A program made the translations under genes and the position numbers. From Nitrospirota bacterium (GTDB lineage Bacteria > Nitrospirota > UBA9217), in assembly GCA_963740085.1 (NCBI GenBank), contig CAVUCU010000001.1:608001-672000 (forward strand): a DNA stretch of 64,000 bases, in the 5' to 3' direction. The notes under the pieces were generated by a model. That model did no database searches. It was not told where the DNA came from and worked only from the letters and a program-made list of their open reading frames with translations. Positions 48,364-59,477 of the stretch are shown here, piece after piece (the first letter of the stretch is position 1; every line of letters begins with the position of its first letter).

Positions 48364-50737
48364 TGGTACCCTCCGGAAGCGAAATGGTCGCGACGGTCCC
48401 GATGTCCTTCCTGCTTTCTATTGCAATAGTGCCCTTCATCCTGGTGATCATTTTTTTGACGATCACGAGCCCGAGGCCCGTCCCGCTCGCCTTGGTCGTG
48501 AAAAAGGGTTTGAACAGGTCCTTTACCTTGTCCTCCGGGATCCCGCATCCATTGTCTTCCACTTCGATACTGATGATGCCGTCCGACCTGGAGATACGGA
48601 CGGCGATATTCGGATGGTCCCGCTCTCGAACAGCATCGGTGGCATTGGTGACGAGGTTCAGCAGCACCTGTTGCAGCGCCCGTGGATCAGCATGCAGCCG
48701 GTCTGCCTGCGGGTCCATCTTGACATCGAGCGCAATTCCTTTTTTCTCGAGGTCATCTTTTACGAGCGGCAGGAACTGTTCCATGAATGATGCTACCCTG
48801 ATCTGCTGTGGTTCCTGGGTCTCGAACATGTTGAAGCTTTTAAGAGAGCGCAGAAGAAATTCCACCCGGCCGATCTGGGCCACGATCCGGTCGAGATAGT
48901 CCCTGATCGCCTCCTGGGACAGGTTCGGAAGTTTGGAGCTCAGGATGCCCAGTATCATGTTGACGGAATTGATGGGGTTCCCGATCTCGTGCCGCACGCC
49001 GGAAAAAATATAGCCGATGCTGTCAATGGTATTGACCGACTCGGCAATGGACTCGAGCCGGAGCCTCTCGGTAATGTCCCTCTTCAGGGAAACGTAATTC
49101 AGGATCTCTCCCAAAGGGCCCTTTACCGGAGATACCGTACTGTCTTCATAGTACAGGGTCCCGTCTTTCTTTTTACTGACCATCTGCCCCCGCCAGACGC
49201 CGTCACGCCGGATCGCGTCCCTGAGTTCCTGGTAGAACTGAGTTCCCTGCCTGCCGCTGTCCAGCAGGTGAATTTTCTGACCAAGCAGCTCATCCCTCGT
49301 ATATCCCGTTATCTGCTCGAATGCCTGGTTCACATACTGGATCAGGCCCGACGAGGGCTCGGTGATGATAACCCCGTCGGCCGTGGCTTCCAGCGCGGAG
49401 ACCAGACGCGCCCGCTCTTCCTCAACATCGAATCGGTAGATCGCCTCGCCGATGATATACCCCAGCTGCTCAAGAAACTCGACGTTCTTAAGCGGCACCA
49501 GGCCTTCCTGCTGATCGGCAAGATGGATCACCCCCAGCGGTTGGCCCCGGTATCGAATGGGAACAACGGCAAGGGATTTGAAGCCAAACTGCGTGCAGGC
49601 GCCGCGATACTGCCGCTTCTCATCCTTTGCCAGACCGTCGATGAAATTGACGGTGTTGTTGCAATAGAACGAGCCGTTCGCCGTCATAAAGGGAAGGTCC
49701 GAAGACACTGGCTTTCCCGCTATGATCCGGGTACAGATACAACGGTCCTCGACAAGCGATAGACTGTTCTCCTGCTTCAGAAATACATCGCTATATCCAT
49801 CACAGGCCTCGAACGGCACTTTATGGTCCGGATGTTCGATCCGTACCCCGACATTGCGGCAGGCGCTCCAGTCACGGAGCAGACCGCAGACGGCGTAAAG
49901 ATATTCCCTGCGCGTGATCGCATCGGTAAACAGTTTGAGGAGTGCGTTCATTGCTTCGGTTTTCTTCTGCGTATCCTTGCGCTCGGTGATGTCGCGAGCG
50001 ATGATGCTGAGCATGGGGTTGCCTTCCCGGTCCCGGAACAGGACCGAGGAAATTTCACAGGGGACCCTCGTTCCGTCCTTCCTGATGACATCAACCTCGC
50101 CGCGGGTCCTTCCGGTCCGCTCTCGCTCGGAGATGAGGGACGCGACGTGAGGATCCGCCTGGTTGACGATATGGGATCTGCCCGACCGGCGGATCTCGTC
50201 CTCGGTCATATCGAGGAGCTTACAGGCGGCGGGGTTTGCCGACACAATGGCCCCGTCCGGTTTCATGAGTACAACGGCGTCAAGACTTGATTCGAACAGC
50301 CGGTGGTATTGCTCCTCGCTCGCCCGCAGATCTTCCTCGGCCTTCCCGCGCTCACGGCGTATGCCGGCTTCGCGCAGTTCCCGTTCCACGGCGGGGGCGA
50401 GCCTGGAAAAATTCCCTTTGATGATATAATCGTGGGCGCCTGCTTTCATCGCCTCCACGGCGATGTCCTCACCGATATTGCCCGACACAATGATGAACGG
50501 AAGGTCGAGGCCGCTGTCCTTGAGAACGGCCAGGGCCTCGGGTCCGCTGAACTTGGGAAGGATGTAATCGGAGATGACGATGTCCCATTTCCGGTTCGTG
50601 AGCGCTGAGCGCATGGCTTCAGGCGTGTCGACGCGCTCATGGTCCGGATCATAGCCGGCGCGCCGCAGTTCTCGCAGCAGGAGCAGACAGTCGTCCTCGG
50701 AATCCTCTACGACCAGTATTTTTAAAGGCGTGGTCAT
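48350..50737 (-). CDS. Hybrid sensor kinase REC-PAS-GAF-PAS-HisKA-HATPase
   Basis: N-terminal REC, RDITERK PAC motifs, RHEIGNP, NL..NA, DNGCG, FFTTK, GTGLGL. Confidence 0.92.
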
Positions 50738-50747
50738 GGTAAATAAT

Positions 50748-50826
50748 AGTTCAGAGTTAAAAGTTCAGTGTTCAGTGTTCAGGGTTCAGCTTTTACAACG
50801 AACTATGAACTGTGAACGCTGAACTG
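50748..50826. repeat. Gene-less inverted array of 7-mers
   Basis: agttcag agttaaa agttcag tgttcag tgttcag ggttcag / cgaacta tgaactg tgaacgc tgaactg. Confidence 0.75.
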
Positions 50827-50834
50827 TAATTACG

Positions 50835-51266
50835 TTACGGCGCCTCATTCAACACGAGCCAATAGAGCCCCAACTGCTGGACTGCATTGACGAACTGCTC
50901 GAAATCCACGGGCTTGCGAATATAGCTGTTCGCGCCGAGCTTGTAGCTTTCGACGCGGTCCTTGTCCTCGCTGGAGGTCGTCAGGACCACGATCGGGAGG
51001 AGCCTCGTCCGCTCGTCGCTGCGCACGCGCTGCAGCACTTCGAGCCCGTCCATGCGGGGCATCTTGAGGTCGAGCAGGACCACCTGAGGCAGGACACGGG
51101 TGTCCCGGCCCGCATATTTGCCCGTGCCGAACAGGTAGTCAAGGGCCTCGACCCCGTCCTGGGCGATCACCACCTCGTTCATGATCTTGCTTTTTTTGAG
51201 CGCCCGAAGCGTGAGCTGAACGTCATCGGGATTGTCCTCTGCCAAGAGAATGATCTTGGAGTTCAT
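50835..51266 (-). CDS. Response regulator (Rcp1-like)
   Basis: LAEDNPDD, LLDLKMP, LTTS, GANSYIRKPVDF, YWL. Confidence 0.92.
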   Translation of the reverse strand: MNSKIILLAEDNPDDVQLTLRALKKSKIMNEVVIAQDGVEALDYLFGTGKYAGRDTRVLPQVVLLDLKMPRMDGLEVLQRVRSDERTRLLPIVVLTTSSEDKDRVESYKLGANSYIRKPVDFEQFVNAVQQLGLYWLVLNEAP

Positions 51267-51291
51267 GGGGTTCTCCTTTTATTTGTTTTCG

Positions 51292-53199
51292 TCACAAGGT
51301 AAAATAAACCGTTGTACCTTTCCCGACCTCGCTCTCTATCCATACGCGGCCGCCGTGACGGTTGACGATGCGTTTGACCGTGGCCAGGCCGATGCCGGTG
51401 CCGGCGAACTCCGAGGTCTTGTGAAGCCGCTGGAAGGGATTGAACAGCTTGTCCGCGTACGTCATGTCAAAGCCCGCACCGTTGTCCCTCACGAAATACG
51501 CGCGCTCGCCGCCGATCTCCACGGTTCCGAATTCTACCACAGGCGCGGTTGCCTTTTCACTAAATTTCCACGCGTTGCTGAACAGATTTTCGATCACCAC
51601 GGTCAGCAGCCGTTCGTCGCCGGTTGCGGAAAGCCCTTCGCTGATGACGAATTCAGTGCCCCCCGGGTTGCTTTCACGGAGATGCGCGGCGATTTTCACG
51701 GCTGTCGCGCTCAGGTCCACACGCTCACGCTTCAATTCCATCCGGGCCACACGGGAAAGCTTCAGCAGATCGTCGATGAGTTGGGACATGCGCTGTGTCG
51801 CGCCGCGCACGCGCGCCAGGTAGTCCTTGCCTTCGGCATCCAGTTTGTCGGCGTAGTCTTCGAGCAGCGCGAGGCTGAAACCGTCGATGCTCCGGAGCGG
51901 AGAGCGAAGGTCATGCGACACCGAGTAGCTGAATGCCTCCAACTCCCGGTTCGACTCTTCCAGCTGTCGAACATGATGATTGAGCTCCTCGTTCAGCTTT
52001 GCGACCGACTCTTCCGCCCGCTTGCGTTCGGCGATCTCTTCGTTCAACTCATCACGCGAAGCGGTGATCATCTTCAGGTCCCGGGTCATTTTGTCAAATG
52101 TCCTTGAAAGCTGGCCTATTTCGTCTTTTAGATGGGTTCCAACTTTATAGTCCAGGTTGCCGCTCCCTACTATTTCCGCGCCCCTGGAGAGCGCTTTAAT
52201 AGGGCCCGAAATGGACCGGGCGATCGAAGATGCTATGATGCCGCAAAGAACAAGAACAATTGCTAAAACTATCGTTACCAGCTTCCGCAGCTTCATTTCA
52301 TCGGCAAAGGCCTCCTCGACATCAATTTTGGCTACCATTCCCCAGTCCAGGGAAGGGAGGTATCGCCAGGCTGCGATAACTTTTTTGCCCCGGTAATCGA
52401 TCAACTGGCCGACCCCGTTTCTGCCTTGCACTGCCTCTTGAATGGGTCCGCCAAGCGCGCCTCCCATGCTTACACTTTTATTCAGGACCGTGGTCGTGTC
52501 ATGCCGCAAGGGATTTAAAAAGATGACGTTGTTTCCTGCTTTCTTCCCCACCAGGACTTCTCCGGTATTGCCCAGACCGCTCACATCATGGATGATCCTA
52601 TAAACGGAATTCAGGTCCACCTCAAAAGCGATCACCCCGATGAAAGCGTCGTCAGAACCGAAGACCGGAGCGGTGATCAGCATTCCCGGTGCATCCTCAT
52701 GCGCCCTGTTCATAAAGATATCGGAAAAATAGATTTCTTTTTCCCCTTTTTCAAAGGCCTTTTGCTGCGGGTCGGGAAGGAGATGCAAAAAATCTTTTCT
52801 CATGTGCTTGAGATTGCTTGAGTAAATGATCGCTCCCCGGGGATTAACCAGCATAATATCGGAAAGGTGCAAGAGCGATTGCATGTGCTGCAATTGTTTG
52901 TCGAGCGTTTTTTTGGCAGTGCGATACTCCGCATCATCCGGATCGCGGGCAAGACGGTTCAATAGGGGAAGATTTTTTTTTACGTCGTAATTGCCCTGGG
53001 CCACCTCTATATTCGCCTTCAGCCCCGCAAAATATGTTTCGATCCTCTCCGCCTTAAAAGCGGCAATATTCTGCAATTCGGAAAGGCGATTGGTCTCCAG
53101 GGAATTTTTATAATTCGTGAAGGTCAACACACTGATGAATAATGAAGGGACCGAGACAAAAACCAGGAACATAATGGTAAGTTTTATTCTGATTGACAT
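51292..53199 (-). CDS. Membrane sensor kinase, Cache-HAMP-HisKA-HATPase
   Basis: Two TM helices, DYRG..V.AAW, DEIG.L, FSYSVSHDLRSPL, NAWKF, DNGAG, GTGIGL. Confidence 0.92.
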   Translation of the reverse strand: MSIRIKLTIMFLVFVSVPSLFISVLTFTNYKNSLETNRLSELQNIAAFKAERIETYFAGLKANIEVAQGNYDVKKNLPLLNRLARDPDDAEYRTAKKTLDKQLQHMQSLLHLSDIMLVNPRGAIIYSSNLKHMRKDFLHLLPDPQQKAFEKGEKEIYFSDIFMNRAHEDAPGMLITAPVFGSDDAFIGVIAFEVDLNSVYRIIHDVSGLGNTGEVLVGKKAGNNVIFLNPLRHDTTTVLNKSVSMGGALGGPIQEAVQGRNGVGQLIDYRGKKVIAAWRYLPSLDWGMVAKIDVEEAFADEMKLRKLVTIVLAIVLVLCGIIASSIARSISGPIKALSRGAEIVGSGNLDYKVGTHLKDEIGQLSRTFDKMTRDLKMITASRDELNEEIAERKRAEESVAKLNEELNHHVRQLEESNRELEAFSYSVSHDLRSPLRSIDGFSLALLEDYADKLDAEGKDYLARVRGATQRMSQLIDDLLKLSRVARMELKRERVDLSATAVKIAAHLRESNPGGTEFVISEGLSATGDERLLTVVIENLFSNAWKFSEKATAPVVEFGTVEIGGERAYFVRDNGAGFDMTYADKLFNPFQRLHKTSEFAGTGIGLATVKRIVNRHGGRVWIESEVGKGTTVYFTL

Positions 53200-53414
53200 G
53201 TCAACCCTACCCTAAAGATACACATAGTATTGCCGTTGCAGGCCATGGCTGTGACAATTTGCTGAATAAATCGTGGCAGGTGTTGAACCGGCAACCGTCC
53301 GTAACCTTGCGGCCATTATAAGGTCTCGGGAAGGCTAAAGCAATGCAAAATCGGGAAACCTCTCAGCAAACACAATTTTATATCCCTGAAAGATACGTGC
53401 GACCTTCCGGAGCA

Positions 53415-54738
53415 TCATTTCAAGCTCAGCATATAATCCGTGAGCTCCTTCAACTCATTGTCCGGCAGCATAACTTTCGGCATAATGGACCCCGGCGAGA
53501 CGGCCTGCGGGTCCTTGAAGTGGCGCATGAGCCAGTCGGCGTCGCGTTTGCTCGCCGACGTGTGTAAGTTCGGGACCCAGTTTGCCGCCCTCGCCATGGA
53601 TGCTGTGGCAGGCAGTGCAGCCGTTCGTGTTAAATAAGATGCGGCCGGCGAGAACGGACGGAGATGTCACTGCCGGGGCATTGACAATCGGCGCCTGCGC
53701 ACCCATGATCGTGAGGGCGCTGACCGTCACCACGGCCAGGCCGGCTATGGTCATCATTATCTTTCTCTTCTGCGGCGCCCGCTCGGGATCCCTGTCAAGG
53801 AAGGGTAAAAGAATGAGCGCGATGAGCGCGATCGTCGGGAGTATCACCGTGCCGACAATTTCGAACTTCCCCTCGAAGATCCGGAGCAGCTGGAACACAA
53901 AATAGAAATACCACTCAGGCCGCGGGTTATACGTGCTGTCCGTGGGGTCTGCCTGGGGTTCGAGCGGCGCGGGAAACATGACCGCTAAGCTCGCGAGCAA
54001 AAGAAAAACGATGATGATGAAGCTCGAGTCTTTGAACAGCTGGTTCGGGAAAAGCGGTTCGGATCGGTCCGGGGTTCTTTTCGCGGCATTCCATGTGCCA
54101 CCCGCCCCGGCGCGCTCAAGCAGGAAGATGTGCAGACCGGCAAGAAGCGCAAGGCCCCACGGCAGGATATACGTGTGGACTGCAAAGAAACGGCTGAGCG
54201 CAAGATTGCCGAGTTCCGTGCCGCCGCGCACGATCCGGAGAAGCAGGCCGCCGACAACAGGCGCCGTGCCGGCCACGTTCGTACCGACCACCGTGGCCCA
54301 GTAGGCCTTCTGGTCCCAGGGCAGAAGATAGCCGGTGAACGCGAACCCGCCCACGAGCGCGATCAACCCGACCCCGAGGAGCCAGATGATTTCTCTCGGT
54401 TTTTTGTACGCGCCGAAAACGAAGACGCGCAGCATGTGGAGCGCCACGAGCACCATCATGAAACTGGCGCCCCAGTGGTGCAGGCCGCGGACAAAGCTTC
54501 CGAAAGGCGCTTCGTTCTGGATGAATTTTACACTCGCGTAGGCGTGATCAGGCGTCGGTGCATAGTAGAAGGCAAGGAGGATTCCGCTCACCATCTGGAG
54601 GGTGAAGATGAACGCGAGCGATGCTCCGAGCACATAGAACCAGCTCGACCCGCCCGGGATGGGACGGTCAGCGAAAGAATTCCAGAGGCCTCTCAGTTTT
54701 ATGCGTTCATCGAACCAGTCGAGCAGTTGCGAGATCAT
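53415..54738 (-). CDS. Cytochrome b (b/b6 + subunit IV) fused to C-terminal cytochrome c; +1 frameshift near 53553
   Basis: RGLHHWGA, LHM.RV, GYLLPWDQ, RFF..H, PEWY, CTACH; the C-terminal WL..H.KDP...PGS.MP is in another frame. Confidence 0.85.
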
Positions 54739-54887
54739 GGGTCCTCCTGAAAATATAGCCACCGAGATGATCCCGGGGGATGATACATGAGGGATTAAAA
54801 ATGCGCTCACCCGGCGTCCCTCGTTCCTCATCCATCATCCATGGCTCCCAATTCTGGTGATTCCTCTTGATCGATCGCGTTACGCAT

Positions 54888-55397
54888 TTATGCCGCGACC
54901 TTTTCCCCGATGCCCAGCTGGAACACCTCGAACTTCACCATCACCCTGCCGTTCTCCAGCCTGACCTCAAGGGTATCGAGCGACCGGGGAGCCGGGCCTC
55001 CCAGCACCTTGCCGTTGATATCGAAGACACTGCCGTGGCAGGGGCACTTGAAACGCCTGTCGGCATCGGACCACCGGTATCCGCAGCCCAGGTGCGGGCA
55101 GTTCGGCGAGTACGCGGTCACCGTATTGTCCTGTCTCCTGACGATCCAGATGGATCTCTCCTGCTTTTCCTCCTGCCAACCGCTCCTGACAAGCTGAAAG
55201 AACCTCCGCTCCTGCGGTTCGTTTACCTTCAGGTCATTCAGAGTTCCTGCGTCGCTCCAGCTCGTTTCTTTCTTCCTGAGCGCAGGCAGGATGCCGAAGC
55301 CGCCGAACGGTACCGTCAGCGCCGCAGCTATGAAAACGCCGATGCCCACGATGGTGCGAACCATGAAGTTCCTTCGCGTTACGTCCTGATCGTTCAT
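54888..55397 (-). CDS. Rieske 2Fe-2S subunit (bc/b6f type)
   Basis: TRRNF Tat motif, CPHLGC and CPCHGS boxes, GPAPR.L. Confidence 0.93.
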   Translation of the reverse strand: MNDQDVTRRNFMVRTIVGIGVFIAAALTVPFGGFGILPALRKKETSWSDAGTLNDLKVNEPQERRFFQLVRSGWQEEKQERSIWIVRRQDNTVTAYSPNCPHLGCGYRWSDADRRFKCPCHGSVFDINGKVLGGPAPRSLDTLEVRLENGRVMVKFEVFQLGIGEKVAA

Positions 55398-55478
55398 CAA
55401 ACCTCCTGGAAAGAATAAAGCTCCGCGCAACTGACTCAGACCATTACGATTCCATCGCAATTGCAACATTAGTCAAGG

Positions 55479-56117
55479 TCAGATCAAAAGGAGTTCGCGC
55501 TCGCCGTTCAGATACCGTTGCGCAAGGAGCAGAAGCTTCAGATAATAGTTGTCAATACAGGGGACAAAATCGTTTACGGACACCAACACCCGCCCGCAGG
55601 GCGAACCGGTCCTGTACAGGGAACCCTCCACGATCGATCGTTTACCGGAGAAAAGCTGGATCCCCTTTTCAAGGTTCATCTCAAGCACGCCGTCCACCTC
55701 TTCCTTCTGAAGTGCAAGGGCAGCGGGCCGTACATCATGAACAAGCATAAACACGTCCTGGAATTCGTATTCGATGGCTCCGGGGGTAAAGCAGTACACA
55801 AACACCCTGCGTCCGACGGGAAGAAGATCCTCAAAACGCACCTCAAGCCCCAGTTCCTCTTTGATCTCCCGTGGCCCGGCGACCGTCGCATCCTCGCCGG
55901 CGGCGTAGTGTCCCCCAACGCTTACATCGAACTTGTCGGGCGCTATTTTTTTTTGCGTTGACCGCTTCTGGAACAGGACATAACCGATGCCCTTCCCCTT
56001 ATACACGATGAGGCAATGGAATGCCCCATGCCATACACCCGTCTCGTGAGCCATATCACGCGTGATGACCTCTCCGGTTTTGCGGCCCGCACAATCCAAC
56101 ACGTCAAAACGCTCCAC
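55479..56117 (-). CDS. NUDIX hydrolase (IPP-isomerase-like); start uncertain
   Basis: E.FDVLD, AH..G.WH, QKRS..K..P..D.SVGGH..AGE...REIKEELG. Confidence 0.82.
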   Translation of the reverse strand: MERFDVLDCAGRKTGEVITRDMAHETGVWHGAFHCLIVYKGKGIGYVLFQKRSTQKKIAPDKFDVSVGGHYAAGEDATVAGPREIKEELGLEVRFEDLLPVGRRVFVYCFTPGAIEYEFQDVFMLVHDVRPAALALQKEEVDGVLEMNLEKGIQLFSGKRSIVEGSLYRTGSPCGRVLVSVNDFVPCIDNYYLKLLLLAQRYLNGERELLLI

Positions 56118-56231
56118 CTGAACGGTTCCTTTCTCCGCATCATAAAACCCGCCAATTATACGCTTATTTGTTTTTTCTGGCAACATTCGCGTGATTTCAG
56201 TATAATGGATTGAAACTTCCTGTACAGCCTT

Positions 56232-57224
56232 ATGAATATGGTAACCTTCTACAACTCCTATCCGGGTATGTACATCACCCAATCGTTCTTTCACTCGTTC
56301 ATAACCGTGCTGCTTGTCGATGCGGCTCTCCAGGCGTGGAAGATCGAGAACCCCATCACGCGACAATACTTCCGCCTCATCGTCATCATCCTGCCGATCC
56401 TATCGTTTCCCCTCTACCAGGCCTTGAGTCCGGAACGGGGTTCGCTCTCCTTCAGACTGGACGCCCTGTTTGATTCGACCCGTTGGCTGAATCTCGATAT
56501 CTGGCACGGCATAACGTCCGGGATGCTGTTCTTCCTCTTGCTGTCCTTTACGACGATTGTCTTTCTCCTCCAGGAGATGATCCCCATCATCAAACACGCG
56601 CTTGCATCGAGAGTGACCGAATCCTCTGGTGAAAAGCCCGCGGAGGATTCCGCCGTTAGCCGTGCATTGGCCGGCATATCCGGCCCCAAACCCGACGTCT
56701 TCATAGTCCAGGACGACGACCTTATCCTGTTCGTTACTACGGGAAAACATCCTGCGATCTTTCTTTCAACGGGAACCGTCGAGGCCTTTACGATAGAGCA
56801 GCTGCAAACGGCGCTTGCCCATGAGATCGCCCATATCGAGCGAAATAAGCGGCCGCTGCTCATCGCCGCGTTCGTGCTCAGGATCGTTCAGTTTTTCAGC
56901 CCCGTCGCCCTCATTGAGTTCCGGAGGATCGTGCAGGAAGAGGAAAAAATATGTGACGATTTCGCGGTGACCCTGACGGGAAAATCCCAGGCCCTTGCAG
57001 ATACGCTGCGCAAGTTTCACGGCCCGGCCGACAACCGTCAAGCGGGGGGCGCCGGCGCCGCAATGCCCCTCAAAGAACGCTTGAACGAATCTGGCCACAC
57101 GCGGATCATCATGAACAGAATTTTGCGCCTCGAGGCAAACCCCATACTAAGGCCTTCACGGGATCGTTTTGCGTTCCTCATCACCTGCACAGCGATCCTC
57201 ATCATCAACTACGCCATCGTATGA
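56232..57224 (+). CDS. M56/M48-family membrane metallopeptidase (BlaR1-like)
   Basis: N-terminal TM helices, LAHEIAH, EEE.ICDD.A. Confidence 0.82.
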   Translation: MNMVTFYNSYPGMYITQSFFHSFITVLLVDAALQAWKIENPITRQYFRLIVIILPILSFPLYQALSPERGSLSFRLDALFDSTRWLNLDIWHGITSGMLFFLLLSFTTIVFLLQEMIPIIKHALASRVTESSGEKPAEDSAVSRALAGISGPKPDVFIVQDDDLILFVTTGKHPAIFLSTGTVEAFTIEQLQTALAHEIAHIERNKRPLLIAAFVLRIVQFFSPVALIEFRRIVQEEEKICDDFAVTLTGKSQALADTLRKFHGPADNRQAGGAGAAMPLKERLNESGHTRIIMNRILRLEANPILRPSRDRFAFLITCTAILIINYAIV

Positions 57225-57772
57225 CCGATCAGGGAGATACCATGTGGGAAAGAATGCGCGGCTTTATCATGTTCATCGTAGCGGTTGGCATCTTGATTGT
57301 TTTCCTCAAAGCGCTGAACTGGGTTCCGGGTATCCTCCAGGAAGGCCTTTCGAACACCTATGGCAGTATTGAAGAAGTCGAATCGAAACTTCATTTTCGG
57401 GAAATATTGATCCCCTCGTACTACCCGCAAGGACTGCAATGGCCACCGGCGCTGATAACAGCGCAGACGAAGCCCTATGCCATGGTCCAGATGGAATGTA
57501 CCCGGCAACAAGATAACAAGGTATCGCTCATTATTTCACAGACTGCACTACCCTACCCCGATCCCAAGGTGTCCATAGAAATGATCAAAAAAAATGAACC
57601 GGTCCAATATACTTTTAAGGGACGAAATGCCGCGCTCGTCGCGGGCCTGTGCGGAAATAATGAGCCTTGCAGCCGCATCTCATGGAATGAGCCCCGCTAT
57701 CATATAGACGTGATCATGCTGTCCCTCCCCTCAGAAATCGTAAAAATCGCTGAAAGCATGGTCTCGAAATAA
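57221..57772 (+). CDS. Membrane-anchored hypothetical protein
   Basis: N-terminal TM helix; overlaps the peptidase stop (ATGA). Confidence 0.7.
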   Translation: MTDQGDTMWERMRGFIMFIVAVGILIVFLKALNWVPGILQEGLSNTYGSIEEVESKLHFREILIPSYYPQGLQWPPALITAQTKPYAMVQMECTRQQDNKVSLIISQTALPYPDPKVSIEMIKKNEPVQYTFKGRNAALVAGLCGNNEPCSRISWNEPRYHIDVIMLSLPSEIVKIAESMVSK

Positions 57773-57991
57773 TTCTCCATGAACTCCCGATGCCCGTATG
57801 CGCGGTATCCACCTGACGGGAACGCATTTCTTATCGACCCACCTGACATTGCAGCAAACAATAAATACAGCTTTAGCACTAAGAGCATATTCCCGCTTGA
57901 CTACGAGTTTTTACCGATTATCAAAATGTGATTCATATGATAAGGTTCAATCAACGATACGACAAGTCACAAAAAAAGGAGGTAACACACC

Positions 57992-58360
57992 ATGCTTACA
58001 CATGCGGGAGGACAAGTGGTCGGGAACGGAACGTACTGGGATATCATGACCGGACTAAGGGTCGACATAGAACGGGAAGGAACGCTCCCGGGGGGAAACC
58101 GGACAAAATACCTGAAGGCTTCTTCAAGTGCAGTGCTGTTGTCGGGGCCCATTCTTGGGTTGGCCTACGTCATTTTTCTGCCGATCGTGGGCATCGTGAC
58201 GGCGCTCTCCCTCCTGGTTCGGAAGGTTTTGGGAGGGGTGTTCAGCCTGGGCAGGAACATCATCTCTTTCGGATGGAGACCCACCGAGGCGTATTTGGGC
58301 GGAAAGAACAGAAGGAAAGGTGACGGCGACAAGCCGGGAAGATCGCCGAATAAAAAGTGA
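57992..58360 (+). CDS. Small membrane protein A (WRPxEAYL motif), copy 1
   Basis: G..V..GTYW, hydrophobic GPILGLAYVIFLP, SFGWRPTEAYLGGK; RBS AAGGAGG. Confidence 0.8.
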   Translation: MLTHAGGQVVGNGTYWDIMTGLRVDIEREGTLPGGNRTKYLKASSSAVLLSGPILGLAYVIFLPIVGIVTALSLLVRKVLGGVFSLGRNIISFGWRPTEAYLGGKNRRKGDGDKPGRSPNKK

Positions 58361-58435
58361 GCGGGGGAATGCCGACGCTCTCACGATGGCGCACTCACGA
58401 CAAACAATAATCTAAAACTAAAGGAGGGCATAGTT

Positions 58436-58837
58436 ATGAACAGCATGTTTGATTTTGTCACCCATGTCAAGGTGGTCGAGTATCTTCTTTCCCTGGCCTT
58501 AATTGCAGGATATCTTCTGGTCTGGGAGGCGCTGAAACCAAGACCGTTCCGCAAGGTAAAGGAGGTCGGCCAGGAGGATCTGGCGCATATCAGGCAGAAC
58601 GGCATGAAGGGCACGCTGAAGCTGGTGGGAAAGATCGCCGCCGCTCCATTCGTCGGGCTGCTCTATATAATCCTTCTCCCCGTCGGCCTGGTCAGCGCAC
58701 TGTTCTATGCCCTGATCTCGGGGGTGATGGGAAAAAGCCCGTCATTTTCCTGGAGACCGGCCGAGGCATACCTCTCCGGCAAAAAGAAGACCAAGAAACA
58801 GGAAGTTGATACCGACAAGCAGCCTGAGAAAAAATAA
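58436..58837 (+). CDS. Small membrane protein B (HmcD-like N-terminus, WRPxEAYL motif), copy 1
   Basis: DF.TH.K.VEYL...L.W, APFVGLLYIILLP, SFSWRPAEAYLSGK; RBS AAGGAGG. Confidence 0.8.
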   Translation: MNSMFDFVTHVKVVEYLLSLALIAGYLLVWEALKPRPFRKVKEVGQEDLAHIRQNGMKGTLKLVGKIAAAPFVGLLYIILLPVGLVSALFYALISGVMGKSPSFSWRPAEAYLSGKKKTKKQEVDTDKQPEKK

Positions 58838-59102
58838 CGTTTCCGTCACAGGAGGGACGCTCGAAGTAAGAGCACCCTCCTGCGACATCTCAGTTTCTCG
58901 ACGCCATGATCCTTTTCAGGTTTTCACTTCGTTTTTCTTACGTCAACCGCGGCGCCTGCAAAAGAAAGCCTCTTTTTCTGCGATATTGCCGCTCATCGAC
59001 CATGACCCCGTGTTCAAGTATCTTTTCGCTCATTACAAAAGTCGAATGAAGGGCCAAGACACATCGGGACGGTCCTGACCCAAAACGCTCGATCCCCTGC
59101 CG

Positions 59103-59351
59103 TCATTCCTGTCCGCAGGACGGCGTCTCACACGGGGTTCTGCTTCCACAGCATGTCTGGGCCTTCCCGCATTGGGTGCGTATCCCTGTTCCGGAATCGG
59201 CGCCCTTTATCAGAAAACCGCTTCCTCCCGAATAAATCCTTCTCACGCTTCCCTTGCAATCGGGACAGGCAGTGACCGGTGCATCATGCATTGACTGGCT
59301 GATCTCGAACCGTGTGCCGCAGGCATCGCAACCATATTCATATACCGGCAT
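59103..59351 (-). CDS. FmdB-family zinc-ribbon protein
   Basis: MPVYEYGCDAC...CPDC, Cys-rich tail. Confidence 0.85.
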   Translation of the reverse strand: MPVYEYGCDACGTRFEISQSMHDAPVTACPDCKGSVRRIYSGGSGFLIKGADSGTGIRTQCGKAQTCCGSRTPCETPSCGQE

Positions 59352-59477
59352 TACGTTCTCCTTAGATGGTTCATTTTTTTATCGCATTCGGGCCAAGATG
59401 ACAGCATGATCGTATTCGTGACGGGGGAACAATCGCCCCGGACAGCAGGTACGCTTCCGGGGCAGAGTAACAAGTCG

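Larger units (their letters stand above)
57912..58837 (+). repeat. Two-gene cassette, copy 1 of 3
   Basis: Near-identical to 60743-61713 and 61769-62727, including the upstream region. Confidence 0.95.

Noticed and set aside
53325-53412. Possible c-di-GMP riboswitch (gcaaa...gaaa...gcaaa)
   Set aside because: Stems of the GEMM consensus do not form convincingly and orientation is opposite to the flanking genes
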